IMG/VR virus record: IMGVR_UViG_3300042486_000183 | Span: 1 to 40,323 of that record | Direction: 5' to 3' (one strand) | DNA from: a virus | Taxonomy: Duplodnaviria; Caudoviricetes | DNA: 40,323 bases | Part shown: piece by piece, positions 19,314 to 27,931 of the stretch | How the letters are laid out: every line of letters starts with the position of its first letter | Position numbering within the stretch: position 1 is the first letter of the stretch | Notes under the pieces: model-generated | Told to the model about the DNA's origin: nothing | Databases searched by the model: none | Seen by the model: the letters and a program-made list of their open reading frames with translations, nothing else | Position numbers and translations under genes: made by a program

Positions 19314-19515
19314 AAGTTTCGTTGTAGTATTCTTCTGATAATATAGTTTTACTATGTAGATGTCTAACAACACCATTAGAATAAGCATCTTTTATCTGCT
19401 CTTTCTCCATTTGTTTGGCTTGTTCAACCATTAAATGAATACCTCCAATTTCGTGTGGAAAATATTCTCCCAATTCTTCAATTAACCATTCTACTGCTGT
19501 TTGTTTATTTTCCAT
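19303..19515 (-). CDS. KQTAVEWL-type small protein, paralog 1
   Basis: NKQTAVEWL...EKEQIKDAY...EEYYNETYEK. Confidence 0.7.
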   Translation of the reverse strand: MENKQTAVEWLIEELGEYFPHEIGGIHLMVEQAKQMEKEQIKDAYSNGVVRHLHSKTILSEEYYNETYEK

Positions 19516-19774
19516 TGTCTTTTTGTTCAAAGTTTTTCATTAACCAATATGCCATTCTTTTAGCACCTTCTTCTAATCCCTGATAATGATTGCGTTGCAT
19601 TACAAAATAATTATGAGCAATACTTTCTGCTTCATCACAAATATCATCATCACTTGGTAGTTCAATAGGTGTTAATTCATTTACCAAATCATCAGGTGTA
19701 TCATTATCATAGAAATCTCCACAATATGTTTTTCTTACAAGTTCTCTTACTTGTTCTTCTGTATATAGTTTCAT
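19505..19774 (-). CDS. Hypothetical protein, 89 aa
   Basis: MKLYTEEQVR...LTPIELPSDDDI; coupled start/stop. Confidence 0.65.
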   Translation of the reverse strand: MKLYTEEQVRELVRKTYCGDFYDNDTPDDLVNELTPIELPSDDDICDEAESIAHNYFVMQRNHYQGLEEGAKRMAYWLMKNFEQKDNGK

Positions 19775-20403
19775 TATCCCTCTTCTTTAAATTCAGTTAC
19801 ATAACTATAATCTGTTTGGTAGTTTGTCTTGTTCTCGATTGAGTAAACTGACATATCAATCTGATAGCCTGGGTTCTTATCAATGCGATTATAAGTCCAA
19901 GCGTTATCCATCCAAATGATTCTATTGTTTGGGTAGATAAAATAATTGCCATTGTCCATCTTGAATACATGACCACACTTGTGCTCAGGTGTCTCTGAGA
20001 AGTTAGTGTCTAACATACCCTTGTTCTCAAATGCCCAGTCTAGCGTAAACAAATAAGTACCTTGCCTTTTGACGCCTGATATAGATATTAAATCTGCTTT
20101 TAATCCCGACATCCTTGCCCTAACTTGAACATCTACGTATGAGCTAAAGCAGTCCCAGTACATATACTCTGTAAGCGGTAACTCTTCAGCATCTTTTCTC
20201 CAGCAGAATGCGTGGATAGGTCGACGTGTCCAGTTAACTCCGTTCTCAAGGAATGCTTCAAACAAAGGAATTCTTTTCTCTATAGATGCTACTGAGTGTA
20301 CATCGCATAGCGTGTATTCTCCGTGACCTTTAGTGTGGTTGAACAAGAACTCATTGCGGATGAAACAAGTTAGTGTGGGGATGTTATGATTTAAGTATGG
20401 CAT
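19774..20403 (-). CDS. Conserved aquatic-phage hypothetical protein, 209 aa
   Basis: YLNHNIP...HGE...PIHAF...WDCFS...SETPEHKC...GN...PNNR pattern. Confidence 0.75.
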   Translation of the reverse strand: MPYLNHNIPTLTCFIRNEFLFNHTKGHGEYTLCDVHSVASIEKRIPLFEAFLENGVNWTRRPIHAFCWRKDAEELPLTEYMYWDCFSSYVDVQVRARMSGLKADLISISGVKRQGTYLFTLDWAFENKGMLDTNFSETPEHKCGHVFKMDNGNYFIYPNNRIIWMDNAWTYNRIDKNPGYQIDMSVYSIENKTNYQTDYSYVTEFKEEG

Positions 20404-20598
20404 TTATTTTATTTTTATAATATCTTTTAATTGTTTCCAAATAGACTCTGACTTTTCTCCCCAGTAATGGTCGCATTTACCATCTTTGTCGACAGGTGGT
20501 ATCAAGAAGTACGCCTGATATTCATCTGCTTTAGCGGTAAACCGATAGCATTTCTCTTTGTGTGGACAATCTTTGCCCGAGCATTTAGTTATGTCCAT
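20404..20598 (-). CDS. Small Cys-rich protein, 64 aa
   Basis: DITKCSGKDCPHKEKCYRF...CDHYW. Confidence 0.7.
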   Translation of the reverse strand: MDITKCSGKDCPHKEKCYRFTAKADEYQAYFLIPPVDKDGKCDHYWGEKSESIWKQLKDIIKIK

Positions 20599-20851
20599 TT
20601 CCCAAATATTTAGCGATGCCTTTCTCAACATCATTGAATGTTTCAACTTCTATTTCAGCAATACTAAAATGACGCCGTTCATGCTCCCACGTTCTATTAC
20701 GTCCTGTAAAGATAATCATAAGGTAATGATAGGTATCATTTTCCTTTAAAAGCATTAGGCTTCCTGCATCAGGAACCATATAATACAAGTACCCTAACGA
20801 AGCAATATGCTTTTTAGTTTTATTAATAAGTTGTGTTTTAGTCCTAGTCAT
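20585..20851 (-). CDS. Hypothetical protein, possibly a degenerate VRR-NUC-like fold
   Basis: Layout recalls phage VRR-NUC proteins but there is no E-x-K. Confidence 0.45.
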   Translation of the reverse strand: MTRTKTQLINKTKKHIASLGYLYYMVPDAGSLMLLKENDTYHYLMIIFTGRNRTWEHERRHFSIAEIEVETFNDVEKGIAKYLGNGHN

Positions 20852-21131
20852 TGTCGTAGTCGTACTTGAGTAAGAAAAGGTTTATGATATTCTCATCCAT
20901 ATAAACGTAGTTGTTGTTAGAGAAACGAATTTCTCCGTCAAGCATTGTCATCTTATAGTTTTTAATGAACTTAATGAAATCCCCAAGGATTAAATTTGGG
21001 TTTGATAGCTTTGAATTAATCAGAGCCTGTCCTTTTTCGCCGTGAACATAGCCACGATGATACGCTCCTCGTAAGGAAATCTTAACTTCCTCAAGGATGT
21101 CTTCTAGTGTGTCTTCTAGTACGTCTTTCAT
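20844..21131 (-). CDS. Hypothetical protein, 95 aa
   Basis: Operon packing. Confidence 0.65.
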   Translation of the reverse strand: MKDVLEDTLEDILEEVKISLRGAYHRGYVHGEKGQALINSKLSNPNLILGDFIKFIKNYKMTMLDGEIRFSNNNYVYMDENIINLFLLKYDYDND

Positions 21132-21904
21132 TGTTTGGTTGGTTTATAATTTTTAAACATTAACTCAATAGTTGATTGATAATCTTTACATTCAATTACC
21201 TGATACGATTCATTCTCCTCAAACAACCATACCAAATACAATCTACCAATCTTTATGTTGGTATTCTTCTCAATGATATACTTGTATAGGTTTAACTGAA
21301 GCGAATACGCCTCGAACTCACATTCCTCTATGAAAGAGATAGGTGCTTTGAAACGTTTTCGATACTCGGACTTCATTCGTATCTGCTTGTTGGTCTTGTA
21401 ATCCCATATCTGAAACTCCTTAAGTTTCTCATTATAAAATAGACAATCCACCATCCCTCCTACCCCAAGTTCAGCATCCCCAATAACTAACTCCATTGTA
21501 ATAGGTGTTAGGGCAGGGGAGGCGTCGCGATAAAAGTCAAGAAACATTTCCACGCATCTATCATATCGTTCTTTGATATGGTCTTCTCCGAATTTATCTA
21601 TAACGACTTGCGAGTTGTATGGGAATATCTTATTGAACCAATAGTTCTCAGCAAAGTTGTGGACTAGAGTGCCCTTCATACCAGCGAACTCTCGTTTGTA
21701 TTCCCAGTCGGCAAGGACATCCTCTACAGGAACGCCTAGCTTTTTAGCTGACTTTTCAGCCATTACCTTGGCATTAAACTCAGGCTTAAATAGCTTAAGG
21801 AATCCCGTACCTGATACTAACTCTTGCTTTCCTATAAAATACTTATGAGGTTCATCATAGTACTTGATGTGGGAAAACTTCTTGAGTTCTTGGTATATGT
21901 TCAT
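21128..21904 (-). CDS. PD-(D/E)XK exonuclease (RecB/Cas4-like fold)
   Basis: GTLVH...E...GGMVD...IWDYKTNK...YSLQLNLY. Confidence 0.85.
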   Translation of the reverse strand: MNIYQELKKFSHIKYYDEPHKYFIGKQELVSGTGFLKLFKPEFNAKVMAEKSAKKLGVPVEDVLADWEYKREFAGMKGTLVHNFAENYWFNKIFPYNSQVVIDKFGEDHIKERYDRCVEMFLDFYRDASPALTPITMELVIGDAELGVGGMVDCLFYNEKLKEFQIWDYKTNKQIRMKSEYRKRFKAPISFIEECEFEAYSLQLNLYKYIIEKNTNIKIGRLYLVWLFEENESYQVIECKDYQSTIELMFKNYKPTKQ

Positions 21905-22296
21905 ATTTTATCGTTATTTATTAGTTTTTTATCTATCCAAGACCAAGAGTTTTCGTACCACTTCTTCCAATTTTTAGCATATAATTTACCGCATTTAGGG
22001 TAATAATTAAATTCTCCCCAAAATTGATTTTTAGTATCAATCTTTAGTATAGCGCCATTAAATTTAAGGTCAAATCCTTTATCTAAAAGAGTGTCAACTT
22101 TATTGCTATTAAAAAAGTTGAATTGTCTATTAGTAGCTATAATTTTAGTATCAAGGTGCAATCTTCTATGCAACCCGTGATTTGAATCATCACCTTTTAA
22201 TCTTTCCCTTTCATCTTTAATGTTTTTAATGCATTTTCTGTAGAATTCAACAATACTAAGTTTGTCTTCTTTAGTTTTAATTGGTATTAATGCCAT
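21901..22296 (-). CDS. Hypothetical protein, 131 aa
   Basis: ORF between the helicase and nuclease genes; AT-rich. Confidence 0.65.
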   Translation of the reverse strand: MALIPIKTKEDKLSIVEFYRKCIKNIKDERERLKGDDSNHGLHRRLHLDTKIIATNRQFNFFNSNKVDTLLDKGFDLKFNGAILKIDTKNQFWGEFNYYPKCGKLYAKNWKKWYENSWSWIDKKLINNDKI

Positions 22297-22297
22297 A

Positions 22298-23719
22298 TTA
22301 AAAAGGGGCTATTTTTACATCGTTATCAAAGTCAACTTCCATCTTAGATAATACAGAGTTCTTGTAGGCAGGCTCTTGTACCGTGAACCTAAACAATTCA
22401 TCCTCTTCATCCATAATTCTATTAGTAGTCACATCACAATACCTAACCACACCGCCTGTCATACCATCTCTATTCTTTAGTAATATAAACTCTAGCGTGT
22501 AGTCTATATCAGGAACGGGTAAGTTGTTGGCGCGCGCATCCGCTTGAGCATAGTAGTATGGTCTATACAATCCAATAACAACAGATGCATCCTGCTCGAT
22601 ATTCCCCGAACTTCTGATATCAGATAACTGAGGACGCTTGTCGCTTCTACCCTCAGCACCACGAGATAGTTGACTTAGGCAAATGATTGGAATGTTCAAC
22701 TTCCTAGTTAACTTCTGTATCTTATTGGACACAGATGATACCTGAGTAAAGTCATCCTGCCCGCGCATCTGATTGTCTCGAATCAACTGCATATAATCTA
22801 TCACCACAATATCTATTCTATTCTTGCGACACTCTGATGTCAACACCATTGATAGGTAGTTGATGTCTCGATTGTCTGAGTCGTAAAAGAATATAGGTAA
22901 TCTCTTAAGTTCTCTAGCATTAGATAATCTAATCTTAGCTACGTCATCTTGGGTGATTCGATTAGCCTTGATGTCCGAGTACTTATAGTCGGGTGCTTCA
23001 GATGAAATGTAGCGATACATCAGCGATTCCTTCGGCATCTCCAAAGAAAGAAACAAGACACGCTTACCTGCCTTAGCGGAGGCTTTGGCGAAGTCTAATC
23101 CAACGATAGTCTTTCCCATAGAGGGACGTGCCGCTACAACAATCATCCCCTCTTGCCATCCACCTAGTGCATAGTTTAACTTCCGTGAGCCTGTGTCTAT
23201 TCCCGAAAACTTTACATTGCCAGCGTTAGCTTCTAGCTTATCCATCACGTTGTCGTAAACTTCGCCAAGGGAAAAGATTTCAGAACTAACTGAACTTGTC
23301 TCTACAAATGATACACCCTGTTCGATGATGCTCTGAATAACAGATACATCCTCGCCGTGGGTTATTGCCTTATCTATCTCATTAGCTATAGACTGATAGA
23401 TTCTTTTCTGTTCTAATGCCTTTAATTCTTGACACGCTGAAGTCAACTCAATCGTTGTCTTTGGAGTCATTGTTAATAGCTTAGGCGGTTCGTCTGTTAA
23501 GAACCGAGAACTATCGCTGATGGGCTTAAAAATATCAAAACGAGTGTACGCCTTATTACTTAAATAAAACTCTCTCATCGCCAAATATGCCGTCCTGTGG
23601 AGGTCGTAAGTAAACGCATCCTCCCCTATTATTTTAACCGCGTCCTTAACTAGGTGTGGTTTATCTAATAGGTAAGCTATTACGTCTTCTTCTAGTAACT
23701 TATCGTGTGTGTGTGCCAT
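22298..23719 (-). CDS. dnaB: DnaB-like replicative helicase
   Basis: AARPSMGKT, IDYMQL, LSQLSR..EGRSDKRPQLSDIRSSGNIEQDA, KNRDG. Confidence 0.97.
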   Translation of the reverse strand: MAHTHDKLLEEDVIAYLLDKPHLVKDAVKIIGEDAFTYDLHRTAYLAMREFYLSNKAYTRFDIFKPISDSSRFLTDEPPKLLTMTPKTTIELTSACQELKALEQKRIYQSIANEIDKAITHGEDVSVIQSIIEQGVSFVETSSVSSEIFSLGEVYDNVMDKLEANAGNVKFSGIDTGSRKLNYALGGWQEGMIVVAARPSMGKTIVGLDFAKASAKAGKRVLFLSLEMPKESLMYRYISSEAPDYKYSDIKANRITQDDVAKIRLSNARELKRLPIFFYDSDNRDINYLSMVLTSECRKNRIDIVVIDYMQLIRDNQMRGQDDFTQVSSVSNKIQKLTRKLNIPIICLSQLSRGAEGRSDKRPQLSDIRSSGNIEQDASVVIGLYRPYYYAQADARANNLPVPDIDYTLEFILLKNRDGMTGGVVRYCDVTTNRIMDEEDELFRFTVQEPAYKNSVLSKMEVDFDNDVKIAPF

Positions 23720-23721
23720 TG

Positions 23722-24369
23722 TTAAAAGTTGTCTGGTATTATGATTTCCGTAATCTTAGTTGTTGCTATTGGAGTTGTCGTTAGCGTAGTGTTTGGTATC
23801 TCATCCTCCCATACTCTATGACTAAGGTATCGCTCAGGGTCTTTCCTATACTTCACTTCTCTAGTAGCTATGTAATTAGGTAGCGCTAAAAATATAGCAT
23901 CTATCTCTTTCTCTTTTAACTTAATCCATTTAGCCTTAGTCTTATCCTTACCTACCTTCTTATTATAGATATTCCAAAAATCTTCAAAGCGCTCAATAGA
24001 GTTATTATTTTCTTTTTTATTATATTCTTTATTATGTGCCCCTGTAGGGACAGAGGTATGCCCTTCTACGGACATAGGGGTATGTCCCTGTAGGGACATA
24101 GGGTATGTAAGTCTAATCTCCCTAGATTCTATCTCATTATTAGCCTTTCTTTTTATTACCGAATTTATAAGATTCATTGATTCTAGCTTGTATATACACT
24201 TTCTAATACCTGATACTCCTATCCCAAGTGCATTCCCCAAGTAAGCATTACTAGCAAAGCAGTAGCCTTCCTTAGCCGACAAACTATGAATTAATCCCAT
24301 CAGATTTTTTTCTGATGCGGTCAAATCTGTTCGCGCCAATAAATCATATGGGATTGTTATAAAATTCAT
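23722..24369 (-). CDS. Phage replication initiator (N-terminal HTH, lambda-O-like layout)
   Basis: CFASNAYLG HTH, internal iterons, C-terminal FEDFWNIY.KK...KDPERYL...WEDE; immediately upstream of dnaB. Confidence 0.85.
   Translation of the reverse strand: MNFITIPYDLLARTDLTASEKNLMGLIHSLSAKEGYCFASNAYLGNALGIGVSGIRKCIYKLESMNLINSVIKRKANNEIESREIRLTYPMSLQGHTPMSVEGHTSVPTGAHNKEYNKKENNNSIERFEDFWNIYNKKVGKDKTKAKWIKLKEKEIDAIFLALPNYIATREVKYRKDPERYLSHRVWEDEIPNTTLTTTPIATTKITEIIIPDNF
24001..24098. repeat. Replication origin: three palindromic 16-bp iterons plus AT-rich tract inside the initiator gene
   Basis: TGCCCCTGTAGGGACA 24037-24052, TGCCCTTCTACGGACA 24059-24074, TGTCCCTGTAGGGACA 24083-24098; AT-rich 24001-24035. 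Confidence 0.8.
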
Positions 24370-24584
24370 ATTGCTCTTCTTAACTTCTCATTTACTTCGT
24401 TCAAATCATTTACCATATCCTGAACAATATCTACTAACTTCTTGAATGCTTCCATTTCAGGTCTCGCATATTTGAATAGAGCAGAGTAATCTTTTATATC
24501 TTGCTCAAGGTTAACTTTGCGCAGGTTAAGTACCGCTCGATGACACATTATCTCTAGTTCATCGTTGACAGGTTGTATGTTCAT
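24366..24584 (-). CDS. Hypothetical protein, 72 aa
   Basis: First gene of the replication operon; ATGA overlap with the initiator. Confidence 0.65.
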   Translation of the reverse strand: MNIQPVNDELEIMCHRAVLNLRKVNLEQDIKDYSALFKYARPEMEAFKKLVDIVQDMVNDLNEVNEKLRRAI

Positions 24585-24590
24585 AAGCAC

Positions 24591-24683
24591 AAAAATAAAC
24601 CCCCAAACCTTGTTGCGCAGGTAAGGGGGCGGTTCAAGTTGCCTTGAATACCGAATGAGATGACCGCAACTTCACCTCATCCG
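24591..24683 (-). promoter_or_regulatory. Attenuator-like structured 5' leader
   Basis: 12-bp hairpin, GCAA-tetraloop hairpin, and a CCCCC..GGGGG-TTTATTTTT terminator-like hairpin, all between the promoter and the ATG. Confidence 0.65.
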
Positions 24684-24694
24684 ATTGTACGATT

Positions 24695-24725
24695 CAAATG
24701 TACAACATTAGTTTTAATTAGTCAA
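24695..24725 (-). promoter_or_regulatory. Bacteroidota sigma70-type promoter of the replication operon
   Basis: TTG-N20-TACATTTG on the - strand. Confidence 0.7.
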
Positions 24726-24990
24726 CTAATGTAAGATTATTTATATTCATTGTCGGAATACCAATAGTCCTAAACATCTCTTTTGGATGCGTAAAGATTA
24801 GCGTTCTAAAGTCAGGCGTTCCCTCAAGGAATACACCAAAATCAGAGACCAATTTGTTCATTAGTCGATACTCTACAAGATATCTCGCTCCCTGAATTAA
24901 CTTACTTGTATTTACGTTAGGGTTAAATACCTCATAGATTTCTTTTCTTGCACCTGATTCTGTCAAATATGTTCCTACTACTTTTCTCAT
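24718..24990 (-). CDS. Hypothetical protein, 90 aa
   Basis: Operon packing. Confidence 0.65.
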   Translation of the reverse strand: MRKVVGTYLTESGARKEIYEVFNPNVNTSKLIQGARYLVEYRLMNKLVSDFGVFLEGTPDFRTLIFTHPKEMFRTIGIPTMNINNLTLVD

Positions 24991-24991
24991 C

Positions 24992-25228
24992 TTATTGTTT
25001 GTTTAAAATTATTTCAAAATTTCCTTGTGTTACTACTACCTTCCCATCAACTGATGTGAAAGTTACTCCGTGACCATAAACCCTAAAGGTATTTGCACAA
25101 TAGGTGCTAAACTCGGTCTTAATTATGTACTTACTTGTTGGTCTTGATAAATACAATGTGATTGCCACACCTAATAAACAAAACACGCCAACAAGAATTA
25201 CGATTAACTCTCCTGATAACTTTTTCAT
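24992..25228 (-). CDS. Small membrane-anchored protein, 78 aa
   Basis: N-terminal hydrophobic helix LIVILVGVFCLLGVAITLYL. Confidence 0.65.
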   Translation of the reverse strand: MKKLSGELIVILVGVFCLLGVAITLYLSRPTSKYIIKTEFSTYCANTFRVYGHGVTFTSVDGKVVVTQGNFEIILNKQ

Positions 25229-25548
25229 ATCTCTACCTCGATTTGTTTAACGATTGTGTTTCCCTTGTAGGTAGTTACCTCTTGATAATCAGTAACGCGA
25301 GACGTTAGTACGCCATCGGGTGATTCGATAATATGAACCCATACCTTGCGCGGGCGTTTAAATAGATGAACTTTATCGATACTTGTACTAGTAGCAATAT
25401 TACCAACCCATCCAATTGCCATACCATTTCTGATAGATGTTATCTCAAAAGGTTCTGTTTGCGGATTGTTAGTTATATTAATGTAGGCATCGTACAATCC
25501 TGTATTGTACAATTCTTGATTGAACTCAATTTTTTCTTGATTTTTCAT
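25225..25548 (-). CDS. Hypothetical protein
   Basis: Likely start MKNQEK after an A-rich leader. Confidence 0.6.
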   Translation of the reverse strand: MKNQEKIEFNQELYNTGLYDAYINITNNPQTEPFEITSIRNGMAIGWVGNIATSTSIDKVHLFKRPRKVWVHIIESPDGVLTSRVTDYQEVTTYKGNTIVKQIEVEI

Positions 25549-25641
25549 TCCTTTGTTTGGTTTTATAAAACGATTAAATAATAAGCAAAACATATTGATG
25601 CAATAATTATAACGACCTCTATTAGGTCGGCATAGGTGTTC

Positions 25642-25914
25642 TTAGAATTCATCTTTAGTTCGGATAGTTAGTTTAACAACGCAAGGCGCGTTATAGTCTG
25701 AAGGATGACCATCAGTAGCGTCATATATACTAACCGATACGTCCTCCTCATATAATAGATGTAGGTCATACAACCTACCATTAAAATCAAATGAATGCCA
25801 TTCGTCTAGTTCTAGATAATCTATTAGAGTCTCGCATTCAACCTTGTTGACACGAGCGTACACACACATCCTCTGCTTGAAAGGATTAATTATCACGTTG
25901 AAGTGTGTTGCCAT
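25642..25914 (-). CDS. Hypothetical early protein, 90 aa
   Basis: Operon packing. Confidence 0.65.
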   Translation of the reverse strand: MATHFNVIINPFKQRMCVYARVNKVECETLIDYLELDEWHSFDFNGRLYDLHLLYEEDVSVSIYDATDGHPSDYNAPCVVKLTIRTKDEF

Positions 25915-26125
25915 TTGCTATGATTTGTAATAGTTTAAGGTTCTCTACATTAGCCTTGGAGATATTGTCTTCTAGGGCTTGATGTTTCTCGTATAATTCG
26001 TTAATCAACACGTCGACTAGGTCGTCCGTGTACAACTTTGCAAAGTGTTCCATCTCTCTTACGGAGATGTCTTCAACACGACAATCTGATATCGCGTTGA
26101 TAATTTTTTCTCTTTGGTTTCCCAT
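25886..26125 (-). CDS. Hypothetical early protein, 79 aa
   Basis: ATG at 26125 is coupled by TAATG to an upstream micro-ORF. Confidence 0.6.
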   Translation of the reverse strand: MGNQREKIINAISDCRVEDISVREMEHFAKLYTDDLVDVLINELYEKHQALEDNISKANVENLKLLQIIANGNTLQRDN

Positions 26126-26178
26126 TACTTGTTGTTGTTTAGTAGCCACATTAGGTGGGCTAAGTCTTCGTGATTCAT
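26125..26178 (-). CDS. Putative 17-aa micropeptide
   Basis: MNHEDLAHLMWLLNNNK fills the gap exactly; TAATG coupling. Confidence 0.4.
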   Translation of the reverse strand: MNHEDLAHLMWLLNNNK

Positions 26179-26184
26179 ATGTGT

Positions 26185-26352
26185 TTAGTCTAATGCGCTG
26201 ATAAGCGCTTGAATGTCATCTATTAAAGTAAATTCTTCGTAGAACTCTCCATTAGTTCCGCCATCGGACGTGTACATTCTGTCCGCTAATTTTGTGCGTA
26301 ATTCTTCTAGCAATCTATCTGCTAGGTCTTTGGTTGCTTCGTGCTTGGTCAT
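26185..26352 (-). CDS. Hypothetical early protein, 55 aa (not in ORF track)
   Basis: MTKHEATKDLADRLLEELRTKLADRMYTSDGGTNGEFYEEFTLIDDIQALISALD. Confidence 0.65.
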   Translation of the reverse strand: MTKHEATKDLADRLLEELRTKLADRMYTSDGGTNGEFYEEFTLIDDIQALISALD

Positions 26353-26354
26353 GG

Positions 26355-26549
26355 CTATTGATTTAAGTTTTCTAAATAATTCTCAATGTGAAAGTCTATT
26401 ACTCCCCAATTTATACCGACCTCGGCATCGTGATGTCTATATACATTTTCTAGTATTTCATCACCCGCTTCTTCTGATATTGGTAGACCCATATCATCCG
26501 CGCGCATTAGCACATCGTCCGTACTCCATTTAATTGCTATAGTCTTCAT
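26355..26549 (-). CDS. Hypothetical early protein, 64 aa
   Basis: WSTDDV...HDAEVGINW pattern. Confidence 0.7.
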   Translation of the reverse strand: MKTIAIKWSTDDVLMRADDMGLPISEEAGDEILENVYRHHDAEVGINWGVIDFHIENYLENLNQ

Positions 26550-26550
26550 A

Positions 26551-26748
26551 TTATATTTCTGAATCGTCGTTTAAAAACATTATTGATATTAATTCTGAGT
26601 TATTTTCTTCGTCGTATAAATCCTCTTCGACGTGCCATACACGCTCTTCGTTTGAGTCTCTGTCAGTACGATAGAACATTTCTACCTTGGATAAATCGTG
26701 AGCCTTATCTAATTCTAATAGATAAGTCAATAGTTCGTTCGCTCTCAT
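26551..26748 (-). CDS. Hypothetical acidic early protein, 65 aa
   Basis: Operon packing. Confidence 0.65.
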   Translation of the reverse strand: MRANELLTYLLELDKAHDLSKVEMFYRTDRDSNEERVWHVEEDLYDEENNSELISIMFLNDDSEI

Positions 26749-26752
26749 AAGT

Positions 26753-26974
26753 TTAGTCTATTAAGTTAGCTACATATTGTTCCATACAACTCTCTAATGT
26801 CTCATCTACATCATTGAAATCTGACTTTACAAAGTCTTCGTATAGGTCGATTAATTGCACAAAGATGTCTAGGTGTTCCGCCTCTTCGGTGCGTGTAAGG
26901 TATGCTCTTGTAGCTATTCTACTGAACATAAAGAAGTCATAATTGTACTTCTCGTAAGGTGTGTTAGTGCTCAT
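26753..26974 (-). CDS. Hypothetical acidic early protein, 73 aa
   Basis: Operon packing. Confidence 0.65.
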   Translation of the reverse strand: MSTNTPYEKYNYDFFMFSRIATRAYLTRTEEAEHLDIFVQLIDLYEDFVKSDFNDVDETLESCMEQYVANLID

Positions 26975-27234
26975 TATTGCTCGGTTAAAATGTTGCTCGT
27001 GGAATTTGTTGTTACCACGGTGATTTGATTCTTAGTGGCATAGCGTACTACCCAATCCATTTGCTTCTCGGATATCTCACCCATCCAAAAGAATATGTCC
27101 ATAATATTTCTGATAGCGGGTGCTTCTTTATCGCCTGACTTGGCATACATACGCTCCTTGCAAAAGTCTCTGATTGCACTTGCATAGCGTGAGCGCAACT
27201 CATTGTTGGTTTCTAAGATTTCTCTGACATTCAT
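26974..27234 (-). CDS. Hypothetical early protein, 86 aa
   Basis: Operon packing. Confidence 0.65.
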   Translation of the reverse strand: MNVREILETNNELRSRYASAIRDFCKERMYAKSGDKEAPAIRNIMDIFFWMGEISEKQMDWVVRYATKNQITVVTTNSTSNILTEQ

Positions 27235-27238
27235 AAGA

Positions 27239-27568
27239 TTAAATTTTAATTGATTGCTTATTTATTTTGATTGTTCTATCTGCAAAAATTCCAACCCTTA
27301 TCTTTGTTTTGCAGTGAATGAAATAACCTATATTATCATCGTCACCTCCTATGTATTGCATAATATCCCCACTATTAAAGTCATCTAATACATTATTTGC
27401 ATCTCTTAGTAAAACCAAATCACCTTGTACAAGAGTATTATTTTTCCTATCAAGTATTGGAGTTTCAATGTTGCATTTTTCACATAAATCCCCTTCAAAC
27501 CAAAGGTCGTGTCTGCCTTGTGGATTGCCACATTCGTAGCAGTTCCAAATATCTTCCGCGTGTGTCAT
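27239..27568 (-). CDS. Early protein with N-terminal zinc finger
   Basis: CYECG...CEKC. Confidence 0.65.
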   Translation of the reverse strand: MTHAEDIWNCYECGNPQGRHDLWFEGDLCEKCNIETPILDRKNNTLVQGDLVLLRDANNVLDDFNSGDIMQYIGGDDDNIGYFIHCKTKIRVGIFADRTIKINKQSIKI

Positions 27569-27575
27569 AATAGTT

Positions 27576-27602
27576 ATCGGTTGACCTATGCACCGAAAGG
27601 TT
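27576..27602 (-). repeat. Pre-start hairpin/pseudoknot element, copy 4
   Basis: AACCTTTCGGTGCATAGGTCAACCGAT, 7 nt before the ATG at 27568. Confidence 0.8.
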
Positions 27603-27609
27603 ATTGTTG

Positions 27610-27885
27610 TTAGTTATTCAATGACTCTTTATAAGAATCAAATATGGCTACAAACTCAGGTAGACAATCCTTTGCCGAACGACCTTTCAGTCCGTAGTAT
27701 TTTTTGATGTCCGTAAACTTGATACCTCTACAAGTCATCCCTGAAGCCATTATGCTTAGGTTAAACTTGTGCACCGCTAACTGATATGCGAAATAGTCTA
27801 TCTTACCATTTGCTGAAGATACACTTGGTGTCCGTAGAGCGCCTAATCTAGCTTGCTCAACTGATTGTTCGAATTGTGATTTCAT
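27610..27885 (-). CDS. Hypothetical early protein, 91 aa
   Basis: True start is MKSQFEQ; the track's MYRQPL start lies inside the repeat element. Confidence 0.7.
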   Translation of the reverse strand: MKSQFEQSVEQARLGALRTPSVSSANGKIDYFAYQLAVHKFNLSIMASGMTCRGIKFTDIKKYYGLKGRSAKDCLPEFVAIFDSYKESLNN

Positions 27886-27893
27886 GATAGTTA

Positions 27894-27919
27894 GCGGTTG
27901 CCTATACACCGCAAGGTTT
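27894..27919 (-). repeat. Pre-start hairpin/pseudoknot element, copy 3
   Basis: AAACCTTGCGGTGTATAGGCAACCGC, 8 nt before the ATG at 27885. Confidence 0.85.
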
Positions 27920-27931
27920 GTGATAGTGAAA

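Noticed and set aside
19074-19515. Diversity-generating retroelement TR/VR pair
   Set aside because: Repeats are short, both lie in coding paralogs, and there is no reverse transcriptase in the window.
21128-21904. True Cas4 / CRISPR adaptation gene
   Set aside because: Lacks the four-cysteine Fe-S cluster pattern and any CRISPR context.
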